Assembly (NCBI GenBank): GCA_029821755.1
Contig: JALGSV010000002.1
Coordinates: forward strand, 18,591 to 82,590
DNA from: Candidatus Zipacnadum vermilionense
Lineage (GTDB): Bacteria > Armatimonadota > Zipacnadia > Zipacnadales > Zipacnadaceae
Length of the DNA stretch: 64,000 nucleotides
Direction: 5' to 3'
The first letter of the stretch is position 1. Every line of letters begins with the position of its first letter. Under the pieces are notes generated by a model. It was not told the DNA's origin. It saw nothing but the letters and a program-made list of their open reading frames with translations, and did no database searches. Position numbers and translations under genes: made by a program. This document shows positions 7,720-17,508 of the stretch, in pieces.

Positions 7720-9726
7720 TCAGAACACCGTCGCCAGCCCCACCAACTCCAGGCTGATCCGCCCGGTCTGTCGCGACCAAGACAGCCCCACCTCCCGGTC
7801 CTGGTAGACCTTCCGCCCTACGAAGAGCGACTGGTCCGAGTAGGACGACTCGTTCTGCCGATACCAGTTGCCCATCAACTCCACGCGCCACAGGGACGAC
7901 AGGTAGTAGTCCCAGGTCACCAGGCTGTACCAGTCTGAACTATCCAAATAGTCCTCCACGGTGCCGTACACCATCCATTTCCGGCCGTGGTAGGCTCGTA
8001 GTTCCGTCGAGATAACCTGCTGCCACCCCCCCCCCGCCATATTTCCGCTCAGGTGACTGGCGCTGTACCGCAGGTTCAGGTCCAGCGCCTCGCCGAACGA
8101 CCGTTTCAGTCGCACTTCCCCGCGCAGGTTGTTCCCGTGGAAGGGTGAGGTGTCCCAGGTGAAAACGTTGCTCAGGGAGGGAGTCAGGCGGGTGTTCCGG
8201 TCGAGCCGGATCGGCCGCCAGTCCATCGACCCGTACAGCTCCTGCACAAACTGCGGGTTGGTATTATTCAGGCCCGCACCTCTCTGCACCCCCGCCGACA
8301 CCCCTATCCGGTAGTACGGGCTCTGCACGGTCTTGCCAAACGGGCGCGGATCACTCAACCACTCCCCCACCGCTCCCCACGAGCTACCCAGGCCAGTCGG
8401 TTTCTGGTAGAAGCTGCGTAGGTTGACGCTGTACCCCGGACGGGAGTCGTACACCGACCCGTCATAGTACAAGCTCCTGTGGTCCGGCGAGGCCACGTTG
8501 AAGAAGGCGTTCGCTCCTCCCCAGATCGTCCGGCTGTCCCGCCACTGCGCCCCCCACTCGGACCTCGGCAGCCCGGACAGCGAAAGCACCCCGCTGGTCT
8601 GGCCTACCCGGTACTCATGTTGCAGCCCCAAACCCCACTCATCCGAGCCCATGATGCTGGTCGCCGGCGCCCCCTTCTGTAGGGCGACGGAGCTAGTCGT
8701 GTTCTCGCCGGCACTCAGGAAGTACGGGTAGTTGACCGCCAGGCCGCCACTGGAGCTAATCCCTAAGACCTGCGTGTTGGAGGCCCCCGTGTAGCCGGGA
8801 AGGGCGAAGATCCAGATCCGCGGCAGCGACATCAGCTTCTTCTCTTCGGTGTACAGCCCTCCCTCGCGGAATACCATCTTCTCGTTGCTGAAGACAGTGA
8901 CACGCTTGGCGATAATCCAGGTGGCGCTGGCGTCATCCTCCCGCTGGAAGGCGTCCTCAGGGATCTCCCAGTCCATGGCTCGCGCCTCGAGGGTGGCCAG
9001 ATCGAAGGTGACGCGTTCCACTCCCTCGCCACCCAAACGCCGCAGCACTCCTCGCTGGCGCTGCAGGTCCAGATAGAAATCCACCCCCTCCAACTCCACC
9101 TTGCCATCGGTCAGCACCCCCGGCCCGCCTCGCAGGATCATCTCTGCCACGTTCAGTTGCAGCAGATCGGCGCCTTCCAGCCGGATGCCGCCCATTCGCG
9201 CCCAGGCCTGGTCCCGCGTCTCTACCACCCCCTGGTCCACCGCGTACCCCGTCCAGCCTCCGCCCAGGTGCACGATATGCGTGTCGGCGAGGGAGGTCTC
9301 TCCGGGCCGGAGGAACACCACCGCGCCCTGTAGCCGAGAGTTCAAGGCGGTAACCGTGATGATGGCGGTGCCCGGCGCGTCGCTGACCAGGAAGGCGTTC
9401 ACTACGCCCCCGCGCGAGACCAGGTTGATAGTGGCCTCCCGATCGGCTCCGGTCGTAGTAAAGTAGCCGAAGTCAGTGTGCAAGACCACCGCCAGACCAT
9501 CGACGACGTAGCTGCCGTCGTCATTGCGCAGGTCCACGCGCAAGCGGGCGCGCGTCTTGCCGTCGGACGGCACGCGGTTCGGGGTAGCGCTCATGGAGAG
9601 GAAGACGCGGCCCATCAGGGCGCTCTGCGCACGGACCGGAAGAGGAACCGCCGCGCCGCCGGCACACAGCAGTAATCCGGCGGCGAGGCGCAGTAGGAGG
9701 ATTCCCGGCTTACGGATAGGGTTCAT
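7720..9726 (-). CDS. outer-membrane beta-barrel protein with N-terminal Ig-like domain, possibly LptD/OstA-like
   Basis: Signal peptide. N-terminal Big-1-like Ig segment. Long Gly/Ser/Tyr-rich beta-strand region ending in a terminal Phe (LELVGLATVF), the outer-membrane-protein signature. Confidence 0.4.
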   Translation of the reverse strand: MNPIRKPGILLLRLAAGLLLCAGGAAVPLPVRAQSALMGRVFLSMSATPNRVPSDGKTRARLRVDLRNDDGSYVVDGLAVVLHTDFGYFTTTGADREATINLVSRGGVVNAFLVSDAPGTAIITVTALNSRLQGAVVFLRPGETSLADTHIVHLGGGWTGYAVDQGVVETRDQAWARMGGIRLEGADLLQLNVAEMILRGGPGVLTDGKVELEGVDFYLDLQRQRGVLRRLGGEGVERVTFDLATLEARAMDWEIPEDAFQREDDASATWIIAKRVTVFSNEKMVFREGGLYTEEKKLMSLPRIWIFALPGYTGASNTQVLGISSSGGLAVNYPYFLSAGENTTSSVALQKGAPATSIMGSDEWGLGLQHEYRVGQTSGVLSLSGLPRSEWGAQWRDSRTIWGGANAFFNVASPDHRSLYYDGSVYDSRPGYSVNLRSFYQKPTGLGSSWGAVGEWLSDPRPFGKTVQSPYYRIGVSAGVQRGAGLNNTNPQFVQELYGSMDWRPIRLDRNTRLTPSLSNVFTWDTSPFHGNNLRGEVRLKRSFGEALDLNLRYSASHLSGNMAGGGWQQVISTELRAYHGRKWMVYGTVEDYLDSSDWYSLVTWDYYLSSLWRVELMGNWYRQNESSYSDQSLFVGRKVYQDREVGLSWSRQTGRISLELVGLATVF

Positions 9727-9735
9727 ACGGCGACT

Positions 9736-9765
9736 GGCCGGCCCGACAACTTCGCCGGGCCGGCC
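9736..9765. terminator. intercistronic hairpin GGCCGGCCCG-N10-CGGGCCGGCC
   Basis: Perfect 10-bp inverted repeat between the FN3 membrane-protein gene and the barrel gene on the minus strand. Confidence 0.4.
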
Positions 9766-9778
9766 GAGGAGTCGGCGG

Positions 9779-10840
9779 TTAGGACGAGGCAGGTGGGAAG
9801 ATGATCTGCGTGAAGTTCGCGTAGGCGCTGACTGCCTGGGTGGTATAGACCGCCGCGATGCGGTAGCGATACCGTTCCCCAGAGGTCACGTTGTTGTCGA
9901 AGAAGCTGGTCGCGCCCGGCCCGACCAGCCCTCCGTCGATGAACTGGTAGGGCTGTCCATTCACGGAGCGTTGGATCTGATAGCGAAGCAAGGTCAGGTC
10001 CCCTACCTGTGGCGCCCGCCAGGTCAACTGAATGCCGCCCGTCTGTACCACCAGGGATACCGGGACCGGAGGCAAGGCCCCCTGCGGAGCCCTGTTATCG
10101 CTCTTGGCGCCGCTGATCACGAGAGCGAGCAGGCCGACGACCAGAACCGCGGCAATCCAAGAGGTATTGCGCTTGCGCGAGGGCGCTTTCGGCGCCGTCG
10201 CCTCTTCTCCGGCGATGGCCCGCGCCACCTGCCCCACGGCCTCCCGGACCGCCTCCTTAATGAGCGGCTGGTCGGAGCCGGCGTACTGCGTCACCAGCCG
10301 CGATTCCCCTACTACCTTGAAGGTCCGCTCCGAGGTCGGCGTAGCCGAGGCCTCGCCAGTCTGCGTGTTGAAGTTGGCCCCCACGGCGTACAGCTCCCCG
10401 GCCAGGCTGATCTTCGCTTGCTTGGGATACTCGGTGATGACCAGGATCTCTACAGTGACTTGCAGGACGGCGTCAGCCCCCAGCGCGTGCCCGATCACCA
10501 CGGCTGCCGAGGGGCTCGGCGGGGCAGTCTCCACCTGCGCGGGCAACACCCGACCCTCCGATATGGCGCGGCGCACTAGCGGGGAAGTAGCACTGAAATC
10601 TAGCCCGGCCAAGCCCTGCTTGCCGGTGATGCCCAGGACCAGGTCGTCCGAGATCCACCTGGACAGCCGCGCGTCGCCCCGGCCGCTGTGATCGGATACC
10701 GGCAGCACCAGTATCTTACGCGGCCCCTCCTCCTGCGCCCGCACCGGCCCGGCTGCAACCGGTACCAGCGTGGCGATGAACGCTGCCATCAGTAGCCAAT
10801 ATAGGGTGCGGCACAGCCTGCTTCTTAGAATTACGGTCAT
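9779..10840 (-). CDS. single-pass membrane protein: periplasmic LpoB/TolB-N/CsgG-like N-domain, TM helix, C-terminal fibronectin type III domain
   Basis: Signal peptide, ILVLPVSDHSG...LGADAVLQVTVE pattern, TM helix WIAAVLVVGLLALVI, FN3-like tail. Paralog of the 18784..20670 gene. Confidence 0.5.
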   Translation of the reverse strand: MTVILRSRLCRTLYWLLMAAFIATLVPVAAGPVRAQEEGPRKILVLPVSDHSGRGDARLSRWISDDLVLGITGKQGLAGLDFSATSPLVRRAISEGRVLPAQVETAPPSPSAAVVIGHALGADAVLQVTVEILVITEYPKQAKISLAGELYAVGANFNTQTGEASATPTSERTFKVVGESRLVTQYAGSDQPLIKEAVREAVGQVARAIAGEEATAPKAPSRKRNTSWIAAVLVVGLLALVISGAKSDNRAPQGALPPVPVSLVVQTGGIQLTWRAPQVGDLTLLRYQIQRSVNGQPYQFIDGGLVGPGATSFFDNNVTSGERYRYRIAAVYTTQAVSAYANFTQIIFPPASS

Positions 10841-11193
10841 TGCTTCCGGCCCCCTTGATTCGATGAGGTCAAGTTGTTGTGACCACCGGAATGCGCCGAT
10901 GGCCGCGCCAGGACTCGCATCTGCTCACCGCGGCAGGGGCCTTACCCCGGTGCCGCTGGTGCTGTCTCGCAGGGCCCGCCCCTGCGTCAGGGGCACGTTA
11001 CTGCGCCCCTCCCTCGACCGGTCCCGGACTCCCCCGGGATCAGCCTTTCCACTTGCCCAGTCGCCCGCAACCTCCCCTCCCCACCGTCCGGGCGATGTGC
11101 CGCGCGACGGCCCCCTCCTCCTCAGCGAGCGGGAACGAGCGCGGCCGCTAGTGCCGACTGCGGCCTGCGCACGGGCCCAGATACGAGCCTCGC

Positions 11194-14064
11194 TTACCGC
11201 GTCACCTCGAAGCTGGTGACCAAGCTGTTGGCCTGGCCGCTCTCCGGAGAGCGCGCAGTGATCTGGCACAGGTAGCGCCCGGACGGCACCCGGGTCCCGC
11301 TATCGCTCCGGGCGTTCCATAGTACGGTGTTGACCCCTGCGGTCCCCACCTGCCCGATGCTCACGCGGCGGATGACCACGCCGGCGATGTTACGGATCAC
11401 GACGTCCACACTCGCCGACGACGCCAGCGCATAAGTGAGAGCGAGTTGCCCCCCCGGCGCGGCCTGCGCTTGGACGCTCGTAAGCAAAGCGGCCGCCGAT
11501 CCCCGCGGCTGCGCCACTATCTTGAACAGCCGGCTTCCCTCTTCCATCATCTGGAAGGAATACGCCGCCGTTGTGCGCATGTAGCACCGCGTGCCACTGG
11601 CCACATCCTCCAGGATCAGCGTGTACTTCTCCGGCACCGCCGACAGGTCCGGCCAGGCCACGGCCAGATTGCGCTGGGCGCCGGCGGAGGTAACCTGCAG
11701 GTACCAGGTCTTCTCATTGCCGTCGTCGGCCTTAAGGTCCACCATGCGCTGCTCTCCGCCGCCTCCGGCGGAGACGAAGGCCGCCTGCAGACCCGTGCCG
11801 AAGGGCGAGGGCGGTGCGAGCAGATCCCGAGCATCCGCCCCATCCTTGGCCTCGCGTGCCACCCCGAAGGCCCGCACCATCGTCGCCGCACCTCCACCGC
11901 TGACGGTGATCCCCGCCCGCCAGCCGTTGGCCGCTGGGCTCACCTGGGCTATCGGAGCCGCGCTTACGCCCACCGCACTGGGCGGCGGCACCAGCAACTC
12001 GGTATCGTCATACGCCAAGATCCAGTAGCCCACGAACGGGTCCAGCCGTACCTTGGCTAACTGCTCCTCCCACCCATACTGCCTCGTCATCGGGTCGTAA
12101 TCAAACACCGTAGGCTGCAGCAGCGCCCGGCCGATCGCCTCCGCCATGGTCAACTGCCCACTGTCGGAGCTGATCACCTGCATGTCCCGCAGGTAAACTG
12201 GCAGGATGAACGGGTTCCCGATCTGATTCCAGCCCTTGGTCAGCGAGATGCTGACCGACGTGAGGCTCGGCACCGGCTGGGCGTCCGCCGGCAGCACGAT
12301 CTGCTGCTGCGCCCGGTTTAGTAGCCAGTACCCCTTCCCCACCGCCACGTTGGTCACAAAGGGGTTGGGGAACCAGCGATAGATGAGCGACAGCGGGTCC
12401 CAGCGAATCAGCGCTCCGAGTTGTCCCGGCTGCAACCCGCCCAGGCTCTGGAAAACGTGTTCCGCGTCGCTGTTGGTGAACTCGTAGGGGATGGAGATCA
12501 TCTCCAGCCCGTCGGGTGAAGGCCGCGGATTGATCACTGGGACCGAGGGTATGGTGATGGTCCGGTCCACCGCGCGCCCCCGGGGTCCGGTCAAACCCAC
12601 CGTCACTACTCCCGGCCGCGCCCCGCTGGCGCTGACATTCCAGACTGCCCCCACGAACCCGTCCCGCGGGATCGCCCCGAAGGCCTGGGTTTGCGGCTGC
12701 GTATCCGGTGACAGGGTCAACCCCTCCGGCAGCCTGATGCTCGCGCTGGTCCCCGCCAGGGCGGATGCGCCGAAGTTGTCCACGAAAATCCCCATCGGGA
12801 AGGGCGAGCGCCCCTGCCCGTCGGCCAGGTAGCAGCTCTCGACGATGTCCGGAGTCGAGGGATCGTCTCCGGCGGCTTCCTGCAGGCGCTGCGGGCCGTA
12901 GCCCATCGTCGCGAAAGTCGGCTCGTAGTTGGCCGTCGAGGCCCCAAAGGCAAGGTATGTCACGTACCGTCGCGAAGCGCCCGCCGGAAGGTTGAGCTCA
13001 TTCCACTTGACTCCCACACCCCAGTCCTGCCCCACGATAGACAGCGCCGGGTTCGGGACGAAGTCGAAGTTCGCACCCGCCAGACGCGCCCACATCCCAA
13101 TCTCCACTGCATCCGGCACCCCCGCCGAGGACCCGGCCGTGTTCCGCTGGCGTACCTCCGGCGCATCGAGTACACCTTTTACCGAGATCAGCGGGTTAGT
13201 GGGATCGTCGTACGCCACCCAACCGGTCGGCATCACCCCGGCGCCCCCCGACAGCACGCGCTCGTTGCGGATAGTCGTCCCGTCCGGCAGTATGACCGAC
13301 GTCCCGTCGCGTACGCCGGCCCCGCCGAAGCCGGTGTCGAACCCCCAGCGCACCCCTACACTATGTGGCTCGGCGGTGGTGTTGGTCACGATAAGCTCGA
13401 GCATCAGCGCGTCGCCCACCAGCTCGTAATTGTGGTAGACAGTCAACGAGTCGTCTATCGGGACTTGAAGCGGCACCACCGGCGGCTCCACCGGCGGCTC
13501 CACCGGCGGCTCCAGCGGGTCGTCTATGTCACCTGTGTCGTCTCCGCCTTGATCGGTAAGCGGCACAAGCGAAGTTCCCCTCGCTGCGCGGGTGGTGGCG
13601 GTCAGCGGCACCGGCCAGTAGCTGGGCAGCGTACCGGGATCGGCGGCCGTCTCTGCCTCGTTCATGGCCGCGTACGTATCGAACAGTAGCGCCTCGCCAT
13701 CTTCTACCGTAGCATCCACGGAGAACTGCAAGAAGGAGGTGAAGCCGGTAAAGTCGTTCGTATCGTTGAACGCCTTGCTGGCGATAGCCACGTCCTCATC
13801 GCCGGTCCGAGTGGGGTCGCCCCCCCGGGGGGCGAGCCGTCCCGTCAGCAATTGGAACCGGCCCGCCGGCCGAACCCAGAAGTCAGTCCCCACGGACACC
13901 ACTTGCGGTGCGCCGATCTGCATCCGCATTAGTCCGCCGGGCTGGGAGATGTCCAGCATCGACTGGGCCGCGGCCGGGCCCGACAGCGCCACTGCCGCGA
14001 AAGTGCAGACCAGGGCCATCACACCTGCGATGAGCATCTTCTTCGATATAAGGCTACAGTGCAC
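11194..14064 (-). CDS. giant secreted protein (956 aa) with shared C-terminal modules and FlgD-Ig/T9SS-like C-terminal domain
   Basis: Signal peptide, Pro-rich linker (PVEPPVEPPV). A C-terminal ~450-aa region is shared with the 14098 and 20934 gene products, including module A (SIPYEF...RW.P..Y..P...GYWL) and the CTD ...RNIAGVVIRRV...WNARSDSGTRVPSGRYLCQITAR. Confidence 0.6.
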   Translation of the reverse strand: MHCSLISKKMLIAGVMALVCTFAAVALSGPAAAQSMLDISQPGGLMRMQIGAPQVVSVGTDFWVRPAGRFQLLTGRLAPRGGDPTRTGDEDVAIASKAFNDTNDFTGFTSFLQFSVDATVEDGEALLFDTYAAMNEAETAADPGTLPSYWPVPLTATTRAARGTSLVPLTDQGGDDTGDIDDPLEPPVEPPVEPPVVPLQVPIDDSLTVYHNYELVGDALMLELIVTNTTAEPHSVGVRWGFDTGFGGAGVRDGTSVILPDGTTIRNERVLSGGAGVMPTGWVAYDDPTNPLISVKGVLDAPEVRQRNTAGSSAGVPDAVEIGMWARLAGANFDFVPNPALSIVGQDWGVGVKWNELNLPAGASRRYVTYLAFGASTANYEPTFATMGYGPQRLQEAAGDDPSTPDIVESCYLADGQGRSPFPMGIFVDNFGASALAGTSASIRLPEGLTLSPDTQPQTQAFGAIPRDGFVGAVWNVSASGARPGVVTVGLTGPRGRAVDRTITIPSVPVINPRPSPDGLEMISIPYEFTNSDAEHVFQSLGGLQPGQLGALIRWDPLSLIYRWFPNPFVTNVAVGKGYWLLNRAQQQIVLPADAQPVPSLTSVSISLTKGWNQIGNPFILPVYLRDMQVISSDSGQLTMAEAIGRALLQPTVFDYDPMTRQYGWEEQLAKVRLDPFVGYWILAYDDTELLVPPPSAVGVSAAPIAQVSPAANGWRAGITVSGGGAATMVRAFGVAREAKDGADARDLLAPPSPFGTGLQAAFVSAGGGGEQRMVDLKADDGNEKTWYLQVTSAGAQRNLAVAWPDLSAVPEKYTLILEDVASGTRCYMRTTAAYSFQMMEEGSRLFKIVAQPRGSAAALLTSVQAQAAPGGQLALTYALASSASVDVVIRNIAGVVIRRVSIGQVGTAGVNTVLWNARSDSGTRVPSGRYLCQITARSPESGQANSLVTSFEVTR

Positions 14065-14097
14065 TGATCGCTCTCTCCTCTCGCCGGCTTCCCTGGA

Positions 14098-17000
14098 TTA
14101 GGGGAATACCTCGAAGGGCCGGATGGCTTGCACCGTCTGGCCCTTGTCCGTCCGGGCCGTCAGGCGCACCACGTAGCGCCCTGCCGGCACCTTGCTGCCG
14201 CGATCGCTGCGGCCGTTCCACACCAGCAACTCCACCGCTCCCCCCGCCGTGAGCTGGGGGCTGAACTGCTTGATGAGCAACCCCGAGATGTTGCGGATCT
14301 CCGCTGTCACCTCGGCAGGCTGCGACAGCGCGTAGGTAAAGGCCACGCCGCCGCCCGTTATCCCTTGCGCGCTGACCCCGCTCAGGCTCAACCCGCCCAC
14401 CGCTTCCGTCGAGGCGATGATCCGTACCCGCCGCGTGCTGCCCTGCGGCCCCGAGTTGAAGCTATAGCCCGCCGAGGTCCGCATGTAGATCTCCTCACCG
14501 GTGTCCAGATCCTCCAGCAGGAGGGTGACCCCGGCGGGGACGGTGGCGTTCAGCTCCGGCCAACGCAAGGACACCTCGGAGTTGGGCTGGGCGCAGGCGA
14601 TCTCCATATCCCATTCCTGCCGCCCCGAAGCGGGTCTAACTATCTGCGCGTAGTACGCCGACTCGTCGCCCCAGTCCCTCTCCACCAGCGCTGCACGCAG
14701 GCTGCTATCCACCGCCGGCGGCTTCCCCACAGCCCAGAAGGGGCTGTACGCGGCCGTCGCCTTGGTGTTCATGCCGATGTAGTTGCATGGTTCGACTACG
14801 CCGTTGGCGGTCGCCACCAGTTGTAGCCGCCATCCCTCGCCACCCTCGGTCGGCCGCGGCGTCGCCGTCTGCGTGGCGATCACCGGCGCGTAGATCACCA
14901 GCGTCGTATCCTTGCGCACCCGCAGCCAGTAGCCCTGGAACGGCTCCAACATCGCCGAGAAAGGATCTGCCGAGAATGTATAGTAGCCGCCCGAGGCGGT
15001 GCTGCGGAACCCGAAGAGAACGCCGTCGGTCACCCCGGAACTGATCGCTTCGGCCAGGGTCTCTCGCTTGCCGGCGGTCACGAACTGCACGCTGCCGAAA
15101 TCGACCGGAGTAAGGAAGGGACAGCCGATCATGTTCCAGCCCCGCGGCTCGCGGCTTCCCATGAGTAAGTTGATGTCGTACTGCGTCAGCCCCGCGACCG
15201 GAGCCCCGGTGATGTTGAGAGTCGTCGCCCGCGGCAGGCGCACAAAATAACCTATTCCCGCCGGCGGTTGGGGCACAACCTGTGCTGGCCCCGATGCGTC
15301 CGGCGGGTCGAAGGTCGCGTAGGGGTCGGGGTACAGGTGATACTGAGTGTCCCCCGGCCACCAGCGCGCCAGCCGGACCTCCTCGCTGGATAGCCCGAAC
15401 ACCTGGCTGGGGTCAGGGAAGCTGCCCGGCGCGTAGGTGTAGGGCAGCGAGAACAAGTGGATGCCCGCGTCCATCCTGGGCAGGGCCACCCGGAAATTGG
15501 ACAGCGCGGTCACCGACCGGTTGCCGTCCTGGTCCGCCACCGAAAGTGTGAGCTGATGGCTGGCCAGGGTTAGCGACGTCGTTACCTGGAAGGTGAGCAC
15601 GCCGCTAGTCGCGTCGAAACTGTAACCGGTGAGCTGCCGGCCATCGATCGCCAGCAGAATGCTGGCGGGGTCGATCCCGGTGCCGGTGTCGATGAGGGAG
15701 GCGCGGATCAGCGGCGTCCGGGTGTTGATGGTCGTGCTGTTCTGCGGGAAGATAATGGTCACCGTCGGCAGATCAGTGTCCCGTCCCGCCTGCAAAGTCA
15801 AGCGACCCTCCCCATAGGTGTTGCTGGGCGGAGAGGTGTCGGTTGGCAGCGGCTTGGCCAGCATCAGTATAATACGCCGCAGGTCCGCCCCAGTCCGACT
15901 AGGGTTCTCTGAGTACAGCAGGGCCGCGGCTCCGGCGACATGCGCCGCACTAGCGGACGTGGACAGGAAGGGGGTATAGGCGGCCAGACTGGTCGTCACC
16001 CGGTCCGGCCCCACCATATTCGGCTTGCGCGAGCCACCCACGGTCGGCCCCTGGCCGCTATAGAGCTCAATGTCGTCTATCCCCGGTGCCGGCGGCACCC
16101 CCGCCGTACCCGCGGTTGCCCCCACCGTCAGGGCCCGGGACGACATGGCGGGGATTGGCAGGCTGGTGGCGGCTACCGCCACGCTGACCGGCAGGTTCGC
16201 CGCCGGCGTATACAACTGGAACTTGTCCGGTTGCATCAGATCCGCCCGCACCGCCTTGATCCGTAACTCATGGACTCCCGCCGTGATGACCTGTGCGATC
16301 AGCGTTTCCCGCGGGGGTGTGGCGCCGTTCTGGGACACGCCCGAATCCGCGATCAGGGTCGTGCCCTGCCACAATTGCAGGTTGTAATCCTGCGAGGTAA
16401 CCGCTCCGGCGGTTTCATACCATGATAGAAAGGCCGTAAACTCGCCCGCCGGCAGGTCGAGGCTGACACCGGTATTGGTCTCGATGTCGCAGAAGGTGTC
16501 GCTGTTCACGTCAACAAAGGTTCCCTGCCAGTGGCGCTGGGCCAGGTCTCCCGAAGCCTGCACCCATAGCACCCCGCTGTCGCTCGCCGTGGCCACTGCC
16601 TGCGAGATCATGTCACTACCGTCGAAGGGCCCGTCGACCGTCCCCACGGTGTTGACGACAGCGGTATACCGGTTCGTAGCTACGTAGTTGATCGCCTGCC
16701 GCAGGGAGAGCGCGGTGTCGACCGCGATGAGGATGAAGTTAGCCTGCGGAGCCATGTCCGCGGCCACCTCCGCGGCGGCCGTCCCCAAGGCATCGGTGCC
16801 CATGGTGCCGTCCGCGCGGAAGGACACTTGGGCGGGCGTAGGGATCTCTGCGTCGACAGCTCCGGCAAACCCCTCCGCGATGATGCCGATATTGGCGCCA
16901 GCCCCCGCGATGCCGAGGGACTGGTATGAGGAGGCGTTCGTTAGCTGTACGCCTTCACTCACGTTGGCCCCGAAGCCAAAGATCGCCTGCTGCGGCCGCA

Positions 17001-17424
17001 CGGAGCTCCCCTGCGAGGCGTGCATCCCGGCGAGAGGCAGCCGAGGCCCCACCACCGGCGTCGGAAGGGTAACGCAGGCCACTCCGGGCAGCGCTGCCAG
17101 TGCCTGTAGCTTGCCGCCGGCGATCTGCCCTTGCACCCGCTGCGCCGTCTCAAATTGTATCTGCAGGCCAGCCAGCGACAGGCTGGCCAGCGAGGCTGGC
17201 TGCCTCTGGTCCAGCCACACCTCCACCACTACCGGACGTCCTGCCCAGACAGCGGACATGGCATACGGCTGCAGCACTCCGCTGAGCGATCCGGCAACGG
17301 CCGGTGCCCCCATCAGCGCCCCCGGCCCCACTGCCAGCAAGAGAGCGGATGACATCATAACGATACTCGGCCTCAGGTGACTCGTCGCTTGCTTATCGGA
17401 CTTCACCTCGCAGACCTCCCTCAT
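14098..17424 (-). CDS. giant secreted protein (1108 aa) with subtilisin-like (S8) domain and shared C-terminal modules plus FlgD-Ig-like CTD; alternative start 17358
   Basis: STSASAAHVAGAAALLYSENP closely matches the S8 Ser-region GTSMAAPHVAGAAAL. The Asp and His motifs were not clearly found, so it is possibly degenerate. The C-terminal region is paralogous to 11194 and 20934. Confidence 0.55.
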   Translation of the reverse strand: MREVCEVKSDKQATSHLRPSIVMMSSALLLAVGPGALMGAPAVAGSLSGVLQPYAMSAVWAGRPVVVEVWLDQRQPASLASLSLAGLQIQFETAQRVQGQIAGGKLQALAALPGVACVTLPTPVVGPRLPLAGMHASQGSSVRPQQAIFGFGANVSEGVQLTNASSYQSLGIAGAGANIGIIAEGFAGAVDAEIPTPAQVSFRADGTMGTDALGTAAAEVAADMAPQANFILIAVDTALSLRQAINYVATNRYTAVVNTVGTVDGPFDGSDMISQAVATASDSGVLWVQASGDLAQRHWQGTFVDVNSDTFCDIETNTGVSLDLPAGEFTAFLSWYETAGAVTSQDYNLQLWQGTTLIADSGVSQNGATPPRETLIAQVITAGVHELRIKAVRADLMQPDKFQLYTPAANLPVSVAVAATSLPIPAMSSRALTVGATAGTAGVPPAPGIDDIELYSGQGPTVGGSRKPNMVGPDRVTTSLAAYTPFLSTSASAAHVAGAAALLYSENPSRTGADLRRIILMLAKPLPTDTSPPSNTYGEGRLTLQAGRDTDLPTVTIIFPQNSTTINTRTPLIRASLIDTGTGIDPASILLAIDGRQLTGYSFDATSGVLTFQVTTSLTLASHQLTLSVADQDGNRSVTALSNFRVALPRMDAGIHLFSLPYTYAPGSFPDPSQVFGLSSEEVRLARWWPGDTQYHLYPDPYATFDPPDASGPAQVVPQPPAGIGYFVRLPRATTLNITGAPVAGLTQYDINLLMGSREPRGWNMIGCPFLTPVDFGSVQFVTAGKRETLAEAISSGVTDGVLFGFRSTASGGYYTFSADPFSAMLEPFQGYWLRVRKDTTLVIYAPVIATQTATPRPTEGGEGWRLQLVATANGVVEPCNYIGMNTKATAAYSPFWAVGKPPAVDSSLRAALVERDWGDESAYYAQIVRPASGRQEWDMEIACAQPNSEVSLRWPELNATVPAGVTLLLEDLDTGEEIYMRTSAGYSFNSGPQGSTRRVRIIASTEAVGGLSLSGVSAQGITGGGVAFTYALSQPAEVTAEIRNISGLLIKQFSPQLTAGGAVELLVWNGRSDRGSKVPAGRYVVRLTARTDKGQTVQAIRPFEVFP

Positions 17425-17508
17425 GGCCGCCTTCGGGCGGTCCCTTGCTTCGTATTCTGCTGCTACACGTACTTGCTCCGCCCCCGATCCGTCCCAACCC
17501 CGAGTTCC

